DNA of 64,000 bases. It comes from Candidatus Marinacidobacterales bacterium. Lineage in GTDB: Bacteria; Acidobacteriota; Vicinamibacteria; Marinacidobacterales; SMYC01. Positions 31,948 through 42,270 of the stretch are shown here, one piece after another. Position numbers and translations under genes: made by a program. Below the pieces are notes generated by a model, which was given only the letters and a program-made list of their open reading frames with translations, ran no database searches and was not told where the DNA came from. The stretch covers positions 640,001-704,000 of the forward strand of contig CBDCYI010000005.1 of assembly GCA_965224085.1 (NCBI GenBank), read 5' to 3'. The stretch's first letter is position 1; each line of letters starts with the position of its first letter.

Positions 31948-33248
31948 CGCGAACCTACGACGAGGCTGTCGCCTACCTGAGCAGCCGCGAGAAATTCGGC
32001 ATTAAGTTTGGGCTCTCGAATATCAACCAGCTCGCGGAAGCTTTGGGTCGCCCCGAACGCTGCTTCCCGTCCATCCTCATCGCGGGCACGAACGGCAAAG
32101 GCTCGACGGCCGCGCTTTTGACTTCCGTTCTGCGCTCTGCTGGTTTTCGTGCCGGCCGCTACACGTCTCCTCATATCCGACGCCTCACGGAGCGGATCCA
32201 AGTGGATGGTGCGCCCATCTCGGTCGATGCGATGACGGCGGTCGTGAGCCGCGTCGCCGAAGCGTCGTCGCGGGTGGGGGAGCCGACGTTTTTCGAAGCC
32301 GTCACTGCCTGCGCCTTCGCCTATTTCGCCGAACAATCGGTCGACATGGCCGTTGTCGAGGTTGGGATGGGCGGGCGTTGGGACGCCACCAATATTGTGC
32401 CCGCGGCTATTTCGGTTATCACGCCCATCGGTTTCGACCACGAAAAGTTTCTCGGTGACACGCTGGGCGCCATCGCGGCGGAAAAGGCCGCGATCATCAA
32501 AGAAGAACGGCCGGTCGTCGTGTCCAAGCTCGACGGCGAAGCGCTCGACGTCGTGCGCGAGCAAGCCCAGCGCAAGCGCGCAAAGCTCGTTCTCGCGCAC
32601 GAGGGTGTTCAGATTTCCGCGCGAGCGACTGAAACCGGCCATCTCGTGTCCTTGAAAACGGCCAAGATGGACTATGGCGAGCTCGGATTTCCACTTCACG
32701 GTGTGCATCAGCTCGACAATCTCGTTTTGGCTGTCCGCGTCGCCGAGATTGCGCATCCTGATCTCGAAGCCCATCATGTCCAAGAGGGCGTCGCCCAAAC
32801 GGCTTGGCCCGGTCGCCTCGAGCGGATAGCGGGAAGCCCTCCTCTTCTGCTTGACGCCGCGCACAACGTGATGGCGGCCGAGCAGCTCGGTCGGTTCCTT
32901 TCGGCGAATCCGCGCGAGAAGCGCGTGCTGCTCTTCGGGGTCATGAAGGATAAACGCGTGCACGAGATGCTGTCCCAACTTCTGCCGCACGTATCTCGCT
33001 TCGTGGCCACGCGTCCCGAAATGTCACGGGCGCGCGGGCCTGTGCCGCTCGCCGAGTGGGCACAGGACCAAGGCACACCATCGGAAGCGGTTCTTTCATC
33101 GCCTCTAGCGCTTGCCCGGGCGCGCGCGATCGCGGGCCCATCGGGAGAAATCGTCGTCGCGGGCTCGATCTTCCTGCTCGGCGAGATTGTCGAGGCTCTC
33201 GAAGGCGCGGCTAACGCGCCTCACATGGCCGCGCAAACTCCAGCGTGA
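31944..33248 (+). CDS. folC: Folylpolyglutamate/dihydrofolate synthase
   Basis: AGTNGKGST, YTSPH, EVGMGGRWDATN, WPGR, LDAAHN; follows accD. Confidence 0.95.
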   Translation: MTRTYDEAVAYLSSREKFGIKFGLSNINQLAEALGRPERCFPSILIAGTNGKGSTAALLTSVLRSAGFRAGRYTSPHIRRLTERIQVDGAPISVDAMTAVVSRVAEASSRVGEPTFFEAVTACAFAYFAEQSVDMAVVEVGMGGRWDATNIVPAAISVITPIGFDHEKFLGDTLGAIAAEKAAIIKEERPVVVSKLDGEALDVVREQAQRKRAKLVLAHEGVQISARATETGHLVSLKTAKMDYGELGFPLHGVHQLDNLVLAVRVAEIAHPDLEAHHVQEGVAQTAWPGRLERIAGSPPLLLDAAHNVMAAEQLGRFLSANPREKRVLLFGVMKDKRVHEMLSQLLPHVSRFVATRPEMSRARGPVPLAEWAQDQGTPSEAVLSSPLALARARAIAGPSGEIVVAGSIFLLGEIVEALEGAANAPHMAAQTPA

Positions 33249-33666
33249 AGTAGAGAAAGCCGTCGTCGCCCCGAGCGATGCCCACGCCGAGCATTTCGAA
33301 TCTCGTGTCCAGTAGGTTTTCGCGGTGGCCAACGCTTGCCATCATGTCGCCGATGGAGTACTCGATGTTCGTATGTTTGGACACGTTCTCCCAGAACATG
33401 CAGCTATTGGGGAGGGCGTCCTTGATCCGCTCCTCCACCGACCGATCCATCTTGTGATTCACCTTTCCCGTGGCGGCCATCCGGCGGCTATAGGTACGCG
33501 CGATGGCGGCGAGCTCGCTCTTGCGCTCGAGCGGTGGGATCCCGCGCGCCTCCCGTTCCACGTTGATGAGCTCGACCATCTGGAGCTCCAGGGCGACCAG
33601 ATCTTCGATCGGGCTGGCCAAAAACTGTGGAACGAGCACCAACAACCCCGCTAAGCCCGGCATCAC
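33211..33666 (-). CDS. CAP/SCP domain protein
   Basis: LINVER, EN, MASVGHRENLL, GVG. Confidence 0.8.
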   Translation of the reverse strand: MMPGLAGLLVLVPQFLASPIEDLVALELQMVELINVEREARGIPPLERKSELAAIARTYSRRMAATGKVNHKMDRSVEERIKDALPNSCMFWENVSKHTNIEYSIGDMMASVGHRENLLDTRFEMLGVGIARGDDGFLYFTLEFARPCEAR

Positions 33667-33698
33667 CCTATCGTAGCGTGGTAAAGTTTAGGGTTGCT

Positions 33699-34193
33699 AT
33701 GAAGCATCTTTTGCATCTCAGCGTCAATGGAGAGCCGGTGGAGATCGCGGCGCCGCTCCACCATACGCTTTTGGAAGTGTTGCGGGAGGACTTGCGCCTG
33801 ACGGGCACCAAGCACGGCTGTGAGCTCGGTGAATGCGGTACCTGTACTGTTCTCGTCGACGGCGAGCCCGTTCTGTCCTGCCTCACGCTGCCAATCGAGC
33901 TCGAGAGTGCGGAGATTACGACGGTCGAGGGGTTGACCGAAGACGGACAAGCCCACCTGCTCCAGATTGCCTTTGCGGAGACCGGGGCCGCTCAATGCGG
34001 CTATTGCACGCCTGGAATTTTGATGGCGGCCAAATCGCTCCTCGCGAGGAACCCGCGACCTTCGCGCCGGGAGATCCAGGAGGCGTTAGCGGGGAATCTT
34101 TGCCGTTGCACGGGCTATATTCAGATCCTCCAAGCCGTTGAGCGCGCCGCCGCCGGTGACACCGCTGACGTTGCTAAACCGATTTCTGTCTGA
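33699..34193 (+). CDS. hcrC: [2Fe-2S] subunit, XDH family (HcrC-like)
   Basis: GCELGECGTC, QCGYCTPG, NLCRCTGY. Confidence 0.8.
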   Translation: MKHLLHLSVNGEPVEIAAPLHHTLLEVLREDLRLTGTKHGCELGECGTCTVLVDGEPVLSCLTLPIELESAEITTVEGLTEDGQAHLLQIAFAETGAAQCGYCTPGILMAAKSLLARNPRPSRREIQEALAGNLCRCTGYIQILQAVERAAAGDTADVAKPISV

Positions 34194-34197
34194 AACG

Positions 34198-36597
34198 ATG
34201 CCGACCAAGACCGACGTTACTCCCGAAGAATCGACCCCGACCCAGGAGGCGGAGCTACTTTCGATCATCGGCAAGCCGCTGATGAAAGTGGACGCGATGG
34301 CGAAAGTCGCGGGAGAGACTCTTTTCGCCGACGACCTCGCTTTCCCGCGGATGCTCTTTTGCAAAATCAAACGCAGCCCGCATCCGTATGCCCGCATCGT
34401 AAACGTGGACACCAGCAAAGCGGAAGCGCTTGCAGGAGTTCGCGCCGTGCTCGTGGGATCTGAGCTTCCTATTACGTTCGGAATCCTACCCGTGTCACAG
34501 GACGAGCACGCGCTTTGTCTCGACAAAGTGCGCTTCGTGGGTGACCCGGTGGCGGCGGTAGCTGCGGTCGATGAAGAGACGGCGGAGGCCGCGCTCGAGC
34601 ATATCAACGTCGAGTACGAAGAGCTTCAGCCCATCATGAGCATTGAGGATGCACTCGCGGACACTGCCGAGCCGATCCACGCGAGCGAGCGCATCGACGG
34701 GAACGTTCACAAAGCCGTGACACTTCAGTTCGGAGATATTGAAGAAGGCTTCGCCGAGGCCGACGTCGTCCGCGAAGAATCGTTCTTCTTCCAAGGCAAT
34801 ACCCATCTTCCCATGGAGCAACACGCGGCGATCGCCTCCTACGGTGCGGATTCTAAGATGACCGTATGGTCTTCAACCCAGACGCCGCACTACGTGCATC
34901 GGGCGATGGCGAAGGTCCTCGAAATGCCGCCATCCCACGTGCGCATCATCGCCTGTCCCAATGGCGGCGGTTTCGGAGGCAAGAGCGACCCGTTCAACCA
35001 CGAGATGGTCGTCGCAAAGCTTTCGATGAAAACGCGGCGGCCGGTGAAAGTTACGCTGACGCGTGAGGAAGTCTTTTACTGCCATCGCGGCCGGCATCCC
35101 GTGAAGATGTGGGTGAAGACTGGTATCAAGAAAGACGGCTCGATCACGGCCATGCACTTCCGTTCGTTTCTCGACGGGGGTGCCTATGGCAGCTACGGTG
35201 TGGCGAGCCTCTACTACACGGGTGCGCTTCAGACCGTTACTTACAAGATTCCACGTTACAAGTTTGAAGGCCTGCGTGTGTTCACCAACAAGCCGCCTTG
35301 CGGCCCCAAGCGCGGCCACGGTACGGTGCAGCCGCGCTTCGCGATCGAATGCCATCTCGACAAGCTTGCGGAGGAGATCCAGAAGAGTCCGCTCGACATC
35401 CGGCTCGACAAGGTAGTCGAGCCGTTCTCGATCACCGCGAACCAGCTCGAGATCCGTACGGTTGGATTGAAAGAATGCCTCGAGCGCGTCGCCGAGCGCT
35501 CCGACTTCCGCAAGAAGCACGGCAATCTCCCGCGCGGACGGGGAATCGCTATCACCGCGTCGAGCTATCTCAGTGGCGCGGGACTCCCCATCTACTGGAA
35601 CAAGCTGCCGCATAGCGGCGTGCAGCTTCAAATCGACCGCGGCGGCGGGGTTACGGCGTTTTGCGGCTCGACGGATATCGGCCAAGGCTCCGACTCGGTG
35701 CTCGCTTACGTCGTGGCCGAGGAGCTCGGCGTCGACGTCAAGGACGTGCACGTCGTGACGGCGGATACGAGCCTGACGCCCGTCGATCTCGGAAGCTACT
35801 CGAGTCGCGTAACTTTGATGACCGGAAATGCCGCTATCGAAGCGGCGAGACGACTTAAGCCGCTTTTGCTCGACCAGGCTGCGGAGAAATTGCAAGTTCC
35901 CGTTGAACGCCTCGCGATGGCGCACGGGAAGATCTTCGATCGCGGGCACCCCGACGTCTCGATGGCCTTCGCCGAGGCCGTCGTGCTCGCGGAAGCCCGG
36001 CACGGCACGCTCGGCTCGACCGGAAGTTACACGCCGCCACGCGCTCCCGGACGCTATAAGGGCGCGGGCGTGGGACCGAGCGCGACCTATAGTTATTCGG
36101 CCTGTGTGCTCGAGCTCGAAGTCGACGAAGAAACCGGGTGGGTGAAGATCGAGCAAATCTGGATTGCCCACGACGTGGGAAAGCCCATCAACCCACTGCT
36201 CGCAATTGGGCAGATCGAAGGCAGTGTCTATATGGGGCTCGGCGAGGCGCTCATGGAAGAGCAAGTTTTCCGCAAAGGTGTCCACAAGATCCCGTCGATG
36301 CTCGACTACAAGAGCCCGACCTTCGTGGACATGCCGCCGGTGGAGTCGATCCTCGTCGAAACACTGGACCCGCAAGGTCCCTACGGCGCGAAAGAATGCG
36401 GCCAAGGTCCGCTCCTACCGGTCATCCCCGCCGTGCCGATCGCGATCTATGACGCAGTTGGCGTGCGCATCGATGAGAGTCCCGTGACCCCGGACAAGAT
36501 TGTGAGCGCGCTCGAAGGTCGGCTTGCGAAACCGACCGTTCCCGAATACGAGTTCCCGCCGCCTGCCGAGGTGCCCCCGATGCGTGAAGACTCATGA
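34198..36597 (+). CDS. hcrA: Molybdopterin subunit, 4-hydroxybenzoyl-CoA reductase alpha-like
   Basis: STQTPHY, GGGFGGK, PKRGHG, DIGQGS, GSYSSR; flanked by hcrC/hcrB-like genes. Confidence 0.75.
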   Translation: MPTKTDVTPEESTPTQEAELLSIIGKPLMKVDAMAKVAGETLFADDLAFPRMLFCKIKRSPHPYARIVNVDTSKAEALAGVRAVLVGSELPITFGILPVSQDEHALCLDKVRFVGDPVAAVAAVDEETAEAALEHINVEYEELQPIMSIEDALADTAEPIHASERIDGNVHKAVTLQFGDIEEGFAEADVVREESFFFQGNTHLPMEQHAAIASYGADSKMTVWSSTQTPHYVHRAMAKVLEMPPSHVRIIACPNGGGFGGKSDPFNHEMVVAKLSMKTRRPVKVTLTREEVFYCHRGRHPVKMWVKTGIKKDGSITAMHFRSFLDGGAYGSYGVASLYYTGALQTVTYKIPRYKFEGLRVFTNKPPCGPKRGHGTVQPRFAIECHLDKLAEEIQKSPLDIRLDKVVEPFSITANQLEIRTVGLKECLERVAERSDFRKKHGNLPRGRGIAITASSYLSGAGLPIYWNKLPHSGVQLQIDRGGGVTAFCGSTDIGQGSDSVLAYVVAEELGVDVKDVHVVTADTSLTPVDLGSYSSRVTLMTGNAAIEAARRLKPLLLDQAAEKLQVPVERLAMAHGKIFDRGHPDVSMAFAEAVVLAEARHGTLGSTGSYTPPRAPGRYKGAGVGPSATYSYSACVLELEVDEETGWVKIEQIWIAHDVGKPINPLLAIGQIEGSVYMGLGEALMEEQVFRKGVHKIPSMLDYKSPTFVDMPPVESILVETLDPQGPYGAKECGQGPLLPVIPAVPIAIYDAVGVRIDESPVTPDKIVSALEGRLAKPTVPEYEFPPPAEVPPMREDS

Positions 36598-37589
36598 TGA
36601 GACTTCCGCCATTCCGGTATTTCGCGCCCAAGACGGCGCGAGAAGCGGCGAAAATGATCGCCGACCACGCGGCCGACGAAGCGATGCCGGTCGCGGGTGG
36701 CACCGACCTCTATCCCAACATGAAGCGGCGGCAGTTTACGCCCAAGGTCCTCATCGGCCTTTACCGGCTCGAGGAGAGCCGCGGCATCGAAGGGAGCAGT
36801 GAGGACGGCGACGGCGTCACGATTCGCGGGATGACGACGCTCACCCACGTCGAGAACAACGAGATGCTACGGGCGGACTATCCCGCCATCGCGACAGCGG
36901 CGCGCCTCGTGAGCGCACCGACCCTGCGCAACATGGGGACGATTGGCGGAAACCTGTGCGTCGACACCCGCTGCAACTACTACAACCAGAACTACGAGTG
37001 GCGTAAGTCAATCAACTTCTGCATGAAGAAAGACGGCGAGATTTGCTGGGTCGCACCTTCGAGTCCCCGCTGCTGGGCGGTGAGCTCTTCGGATACCGCC
37101 CCCGTGTTCATGGCGCTCGACGCAGAGTGCACGCTCGTCGGCCCCAAAGGCGCGCGCCGTGTTCCGGTGAAGAGCTTGTACCAGCACGACGGCATCGACT
37201 TTCTGAAAAAAGAGCGAGAAGAGATCTTGACCGAGATCCACGTGCCCAAGATTGACGGGACGCGTGCGACTTATTTGAAGCTTCGCCGGCGCGACAGCAT
37301 CGACTTTCCGATTCTAGGCGTCGCGGCAGCACTCGAAACGGCGAAAGACGGTACTGTCGAGAAGGCGCGCATTGTTTTGACCGCGGTCGAGTCCGCGCCG
37401 GTGCGAGCAGAAAAAGCGGAAGCGCTTCTCGTCGGCAAAAAGCTCCGCGAGGAATCGATCGACGAGGCGTCCGCTATCGCCTATCGTCCAGCAAAGCCTC
37501 TCGACAACACCGACCTCACGCACGCCTATCGAAAAAAGATGGCCCGTGTCTACGTGGCCCGGGCGCTGAGGGAATTGTCGCGCGCGTAA
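36594..37589 (+). CDS. hcrB: FAD/[4Fe-4S] subunit, HcrB-like
   Basis: AGGTDL, TIGGNL and the insertion DTRCNYYNQ..WR..FC.K..G..C......RC. Confidence 0.8.
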   Translation: MMRLPPFRYFAPKTAREAAKMIADHAADEAMPVAGGTDLYPNMKRRQFTPKVLIGLYRLEESRGIEGSSEDGDGVTIRGMTTLTHVENNEMLRADYPAIATAARLVSAPTLRNMGTIGGNLCVDTRCNYYNQNYEWRKSINFCMKKDGEICWVAPSSPRCWAVSSSDTAPVFMALDAECTLVGPKGARRVPVKSLYQHDGIDFLKKEREEILTEIHVPKIDGTRATYLKLRRRDSIDFPILGVAAALETAKDGTVEKARIVLTAVESAPVRAEKAEALLVGKKLREESIDEASAIAYRPAKPLDNTDLTHAYRKKMARVYVARALRELSRA

Positions 37590-37675
37590 CCGCGAAATGC
37601 TCGACCGCAGACAATTCCTGAGCCTTGTGCCTTACCGAGGTACTTTCGACTGACACTCCCGGCCGAAGGCATTTT

Positions 37676-39064
37676 TCATGATATGGATTGATCGGGAACG
37701 AGGCTGAAGCCGAGTCGGGTAGCTTTGCGTCGGAGATTACTCAGGAGGCGTTGCTGGTATTGCCTTTCATAGGCGTCCTGACCGAGCTCAATGAACTCCT
37801 CTCCAGTCGCAAGCATGCGGAAGTAGATGGTCGCTATTTTACGGGCGGTAGCTGTGATGGCCTTTGGAGCACCTCGTCGCGATCGGATTCGTCGATAGAA
37901 AGCGCCGAGCGCGGTTTGGGTATTGCGGACAGCGCACGCGGCGAGGCGAAAGAGTTTTGCAGCACGACTGGAGCTCATTGGGGTGGCCCGGCGAAAGATT
38001 CGACCAGCGGACTCCTTATTATTCGGTGCGAGAGCTAGCCATGAGGTGAAGTGCTTGTCACTTTTCCACGGGCTCATGTCGCAACCGGTTTCTCCTACGA
38101 GCTGCAGAACGGCATAGCTACCTAAGCCGGGAACCCTGGTTAGGTCCACCCCCGTGAGTCCCAATAGAGACTCAGCGAGCGGAAAGCGCGGCCCGTTGCC
38201 GCTACGCGCTCGCCGTGTCCGTGGTTTCGGCTTAGGCCGAGCGTCCTGAGGCCGGGTCTCCAATTTGGACAGGCATCTCTCGATCCGCTTGTCACAGTCT
38301 TCCATTTTCTCTTGATAGAAATCGTACAACTCCACCGACTGTTGAAGAGCGAAAACATGCTCGCTCCGATAGTTACCTTCTAAGGCTTTCGCGATCGTGG
38401 CCTCATCGTTGTGGCAACGTTCATGCCTCAGTTTTGCTAGGTCACGAGGATCTCGCTCTCCTCTCAAGATCGCTCGGATGATCGCAAGGCCGGTGACTCC
38501 GGTCACGTCGCGCAGGACGTGTTGTAGCTGGAGCCCCATTTGGTTGAGCGCTTTGTGCATATGCTGAATGTGGCGAGCCGCTGACTCCACCAGCGAGCTT
38601 CGTTGGCGGGTGTATGCCCTTAGCTCGCAAATCGCCGATTCCGGCCGAAAGGTTTTTGGGAGTAGCCCGAATGTATGCAGCTGTTGCAGCCACTCCGCAT
38701 CCGACACGTCTGACTTGCGCCCAGATACGTTTTTCACTTTGCGAGCATCGACCAGATAGACTTCAAATCCCTCGTCTTCCAACAACTCGTACAGTGGAAT
38801 CCAATAAACTCCGGTCGACTCCATCGCCACCGTGCACACGCCGCACGCCTTCAGCCAATTGGCCAGCTCTCGCAGCGAGCATACAAAGCTCTGAAACGTG
38901 CGGACATGTTCGCCCTCAGGAGTGCGCCCCTTCGGGACTGCCGCCACGATTGACTCCGCTCCAATATCAATCCCTGCAGCATCTAGATTTACCGTGTCGA
39001 GCTCGTGCTCCAATTTTTTCCGTCTTGCTTGACGACTGCTTTTTGTCCTGACGCGACGTGCCAT
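37676..39064 (-). CDS. IS110 DEDD recombinase
   Basis: GIDIG, MESTG, KSDVSDA, C-terminal Ser loop PNNKESAG; RBS AAAGGAG. Confidence 0.95.
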   Translation of the reverse strand: MARRVRTKSSRQARRKKLEHELDTVNLDAAGIDIGAESIVAAVPKGRTPEGEHVRTFQSFVCSLRELANWLKACGVCTVAMESTGVYWIPLYELLEDEGFEVYLVDARKVKNVSGRKSDVSDAEWLQQLHTFGLLPKTFRPESAICELRAYTRQRSSLVESAARHIQHMHKALNQMGLQLQHVLRDVTGVTGLAIIRAILRGERDPRDLAKLRHERCHNDEATIAKALEGNYRSEHVFALQQSVELYDFYQEKMEDCDKRIERCLSKLETRPQDARPKPKPRTRRARSGNGPRFPLAESLLGLTGVDLTRVPGLGSYAVLQLVGETGCDMSPWKSDKHFTSWLALAPNNKESAGRIFRRATPMSSSRAAKLFRLAACAVRNTQTALGAFYRRIRSRRGAPKAITATARKIATIYFRMLATGEEFIELGQDAYERQYQQRLLSNLRRKATRLGFSLVPDQSIS

Positions 39065-39079
39065 TTCTCGCTCCTTTCG

Positions 39080-39260
39080 GCGCAACCAGGAGAGAGGGGC
39101 GATTCAAAACATTCTTTCGAACGGGGTCATGCCTCGCGACATGCCACCACGGATACTCCCGCTAACCCTCCAGACCTTGCTGTCAAACGGGCACTGAGCA
39201 CCATCGTACCTTCGGCCTTGACTCCCGGCTGCACTCGATCGGAGTCTACTTCCTCCCACA
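39080..39260 (-). ncRNA. Putative IS110 bridge RNA
   Basis: Structured non-coding region 5' of the recombinase: GACTCC..GGAGTC hairpin and two CCCGTT-containing segments. Confidence 0.55.
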
Positions 39261-39310
39261 GATCTCAAAGGGTCAGTCTCCGATTACCTTCGCCCGCCCG
39301 GGCGATGCCA

Positions 39311-39830
39311 TTGCTGTCAAATTGAGCTGGTGACTGACAGAATGGTCCAATGAAGACCGATGCGCCAAGCTACCACGGCTATCGATTTCCACCGGAAATC
39401 ATCAGCCACGCCGTCTGGCTCTACCACCGATTCTGCGTGAGCTTTCGAAACGTCGAAGAGCTGCTTGCTCAGCGAGGCATCACGGTTTCCTACGAAGCGA
39501 TCCGACTTTGGTGCATCAAGTTCGGGCCGGAATACGCTCGGCGACTGAAGCGTCGGCAGGGTCGCCTTGGTGACACGTGGCAGCTGGTCACCGACAAACT
39601 GAGAAGCTACAGCGCCGCTCACCGCGAGGTCATGCCGTCCGTCGTCCACGACACTGACCAGTACAGAAACAACCTAGCCGAAGTCTCGCACGAACCGACG
39701 CGACAACGGGAACGACAGATGCGGAAGTTTAAAACTCCTGGGCAGGCGCAACGATTCTTGACCGTGCATGGACTCGTGCAAAACCTCTTTCGCGTCGGAC
39801 GGCATTTGTTGCAAGCGCATCATCATCGGG
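39311..39830 (+). mobile_element. Defective IS6 copy (168-bp in-frame deletion, 3' truncated)
   Basis: Near-identical to 39831-40636 but lacks the segment between TGGCACCTGG and TGGCAGCTGG. Confidence 0.88.
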
Positions 39831-40636
39831 GGTATTGTCAAATTGAGCTGGTGACTGACAGAATGGTCCAATGAAGACCGATGCGCCAAGCTACCACGGC
39901 TATCGATTTCCACCGGAAATCATCAGCCACGCCGTCTGGCTCTACCACCGATTCTGCGTGAGCTTTCGAAACGTCGAAGAGTTGCTCGCTCAGCGAGGCA
40001 TCACAGTTTCTTACGAAGCGGTCCGACTGTGGTGCATTAAGTTCGGGCCGGAATACGCTCGGCGACTGAAGCGTCGGCAGGGTCGTCTCGGTGACACATG
40101 GCACCTGGACGAGGTCTTCATAAAGATACAAGGTGAACGCCAATACCTCTGGCGCGCGGTAGACCAAGATGGTGATGTAATCGATATCCTCGTCCAGCTT
40201 CGCCGTGATCAGAAAGCCGCCAAACGATTCTTCCGCAAGCTGTTGAAGGGGCAAGGCCGTCCGCCCTGGCAGCTGGTCACCGACAAACTGAGAAGCTACA
40301 GCGCCGCTCACCGCGAGGTCATGCCGTCCGTCGTCCACGACACTGACCAGTACAGAAACAATCTAGCCGAAGTCTCGCACGAGCCGACGCGACAACGGGA
40401 ACGACAGATGCGGAAGTTTAAGACTCCGGGACAGGCGCAACGATTCTTGACCGTGCATGGACTCGTGCAAAACCTCTTTCGCGTCGGACGGCATTTGTTG
40501 CAAGCGCGTCATCATCGGGAGCTACGAGACCGCGCTTTCATCGTCTGGCACGAGGTAACGTGTGCCGCATGACGAGAGCAAAGGAAGTCAGCTCGACGCG
40601 ATAGGTTCGCTCGCTCAACGTCAACTTGACAATACC
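39831..40636 (+). mobile_element. IS6 family element; transposase 39871-40572
   Basis: TIRs GGTATTGTCAAATTGA / TCAACTTGACAATACC; YRFPPEII, WHLDEVF, YLWRAVD. Confidence 0.93.
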
Positions 40637-41250
40637 GTGTCGGCTGTTCGTGACCGATGGCTCCAAGGCGCTACGGGTCGCCGTCGACGCTGTGTTCGGT
40701 ACCCACAACAAGGTCCAGCGTTGCAGGAAGCACAAGGAGCGCAATGTGCTCGGTTATCTGCCGCAGGAGCTGAAGCCGCAAGTGCAAGCGAGCCTGCGTT
40801 CGGCCTGGCAGCTCCCAGCAAAGAAGGGCAAAGCTCGGTTGGAGCAACAGGCGAAGTGGCTTGAGGACGACTACCCCTCGGCGGCGGAGAGCATCCGGGA
40901 GGGGCTCGACGAGATGTTCACCATCAACGAGCTCGACCTCCCCGCATCTCTGAAACGCTGCCTTGGATCGACGAACATCATCGAGTCGTGCTTCAGCGGT
41001 GCGCGAGGTCGTACCCGTCGCGTCACCCGCTGGCGCAATGGCAAGATGGTTCTGAGATGGGCCGCTTCGGCTCTGCTCGCCACGGAGAAAAATTTCCGTC
41101 GTATCATTGGATACCAATCGCTACCGATCCTCGAAGCGAAGTTAGCGGAGGTCACTGAGAATCAAGCGCTCGACAAGCACGCCAAAGTCGGGTAAACATG
41201 TGTCAGGAGCCGCCACCACCTCGAACCTTCAACTATGGTGGGGGCACCTC
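40637..41250 (+). mobile_element. IS256 family 3' fragment with right end
   Basis: VTDGSKAL, QRCRKHK.RN, STNIIES; end TTCAACTATGGTGGGGGCACCTC. Confidence 0.85.
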
Positions 41251-41680
41251 CCGGTCGAGACACTCTCGACGTATGGAGAGAACGAATCTTTCCGCATATG
41301 CGTTCAGATTCGGACTATTAGCGGGAAGGCGAAGGGGCTTCACGCCTGAATCTCTCAACAGCCCACGTACCGCCTCGGTGAATAGCGGGTCCCGGTCGTG
41401 GATGAGGTATCGCTTGCCAAGGAGGAAACCATCCCACATGTCCGTGAGGTTTCTTGCCACCTGCTTCATCCACTCCCCGTTGGGGTCCGACGTTATCCCA
41501 CCGATGCACACGCAGCGAGTGGCGATATCGATGACAAACAGGACATGGTAGCGGACGAGCCCGAACGGGTTCACAACCTCGACGGTGAACAGGTCTGTCG
41601 CAGCGATGGCGCCCCAATGAGCCTTGATGAAGGTGCTCCACGACATGCTCCTGCCCCGCTCCGGCGCAGGAGCGATACCG
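41251..41680 (-). pseudogene. rve integrase-core transposase, internal fragment
   Basis: [52 protein letters not shown]. Confidence 0.85.
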
Positions 41681-42270
41681 CGTCCTGTGCCAAAACTCGG
41701 GCTTTTTGAAATAGCCTATAAATCAGCAGCTTGGTGTCTGTGTTTGCGACCAGGCCCTTAGCTCCTGGAAACAAGATTTCAACCCTTGACGAGCTTGAGC
41801 GCCCTCTTGGCAAGCACGGTCACGACCCCGGCATAAAGAGAGGTACTGACCTGATCGACGATGGCGTCCAGGGAACCGCCAATCACTTGGATGTGACTCA
41901 GTACGTCCGCACCTGCAGTAGCACCGACTGCAAGAGTCAATACCAAGTAGGCTGTCGCGTCCTCAGCGTCGATCGCCAACCCGCCATACACCAAGCCCAG
42001 AACAACCAGTGCGAGGGCCACGATCCCAGCGGGAACTGCCTCAGCGGCCAAGCCCTGCACAATCGCCAATAGCCAGATGAGGCCAACAATGATTCTGATT
42101 GCCATTTTTATCTCCTAGAATAGTTGCGCGTGATGGCCCGCTCCGTCGGCCAGCCGTAACAGTCACGGACACGGTAACAGGGCCGCCGGAATTATACCAA
42201 TACGGGGCCCCTGTTGTCATCCGAAAGAAAGAAGATCGCGTACCGCTGGATCGACTTTTTGCGGAGCACA
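41681..42270. mobile_element. Candidate non-autonomous element with one passenger gene
   Basis: Inward-facing CGTCCTGTGCCAAAACTCGG and GATCGACTTTTTGCGGAGCACA; both recur elsewhere and both cut a flanking gene. Confidence 0.55.
41779..42105 (-). CDS. Small (108 aa) multi-TM hypothetical protein
   Basis: RBS AGGAG plus ATG; hydrophobic, intact. Confidence 0.7.
   Translation of the reverse strand: MAIRIIVGLIWLLAIVQGLAAEAVPAGIVALALVVLGLVYGGLAIDAEDATAYLVLTLAVGATAGADVLSHIQVIGGSLDAIVDQVSTSLYAGVVTVLAKRALKLVKG

Larger units (their letters stand above)
37639..39290 (-). mobile_element. IS110 family element (upstream boundary approximate)
   Basis: Downstream end fixed by near-identity to the copy at 53021; about 200-bp non-coding region upstream of the recombinase. 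Confidence 0.85.

Noticed and set aside
34873-36405. Long antisense ORFs (also 31770-32990, 60117-61271, 47529-48521)
   Set aside because: Shadows of recognisable GC-rich genes on the opposite strand.
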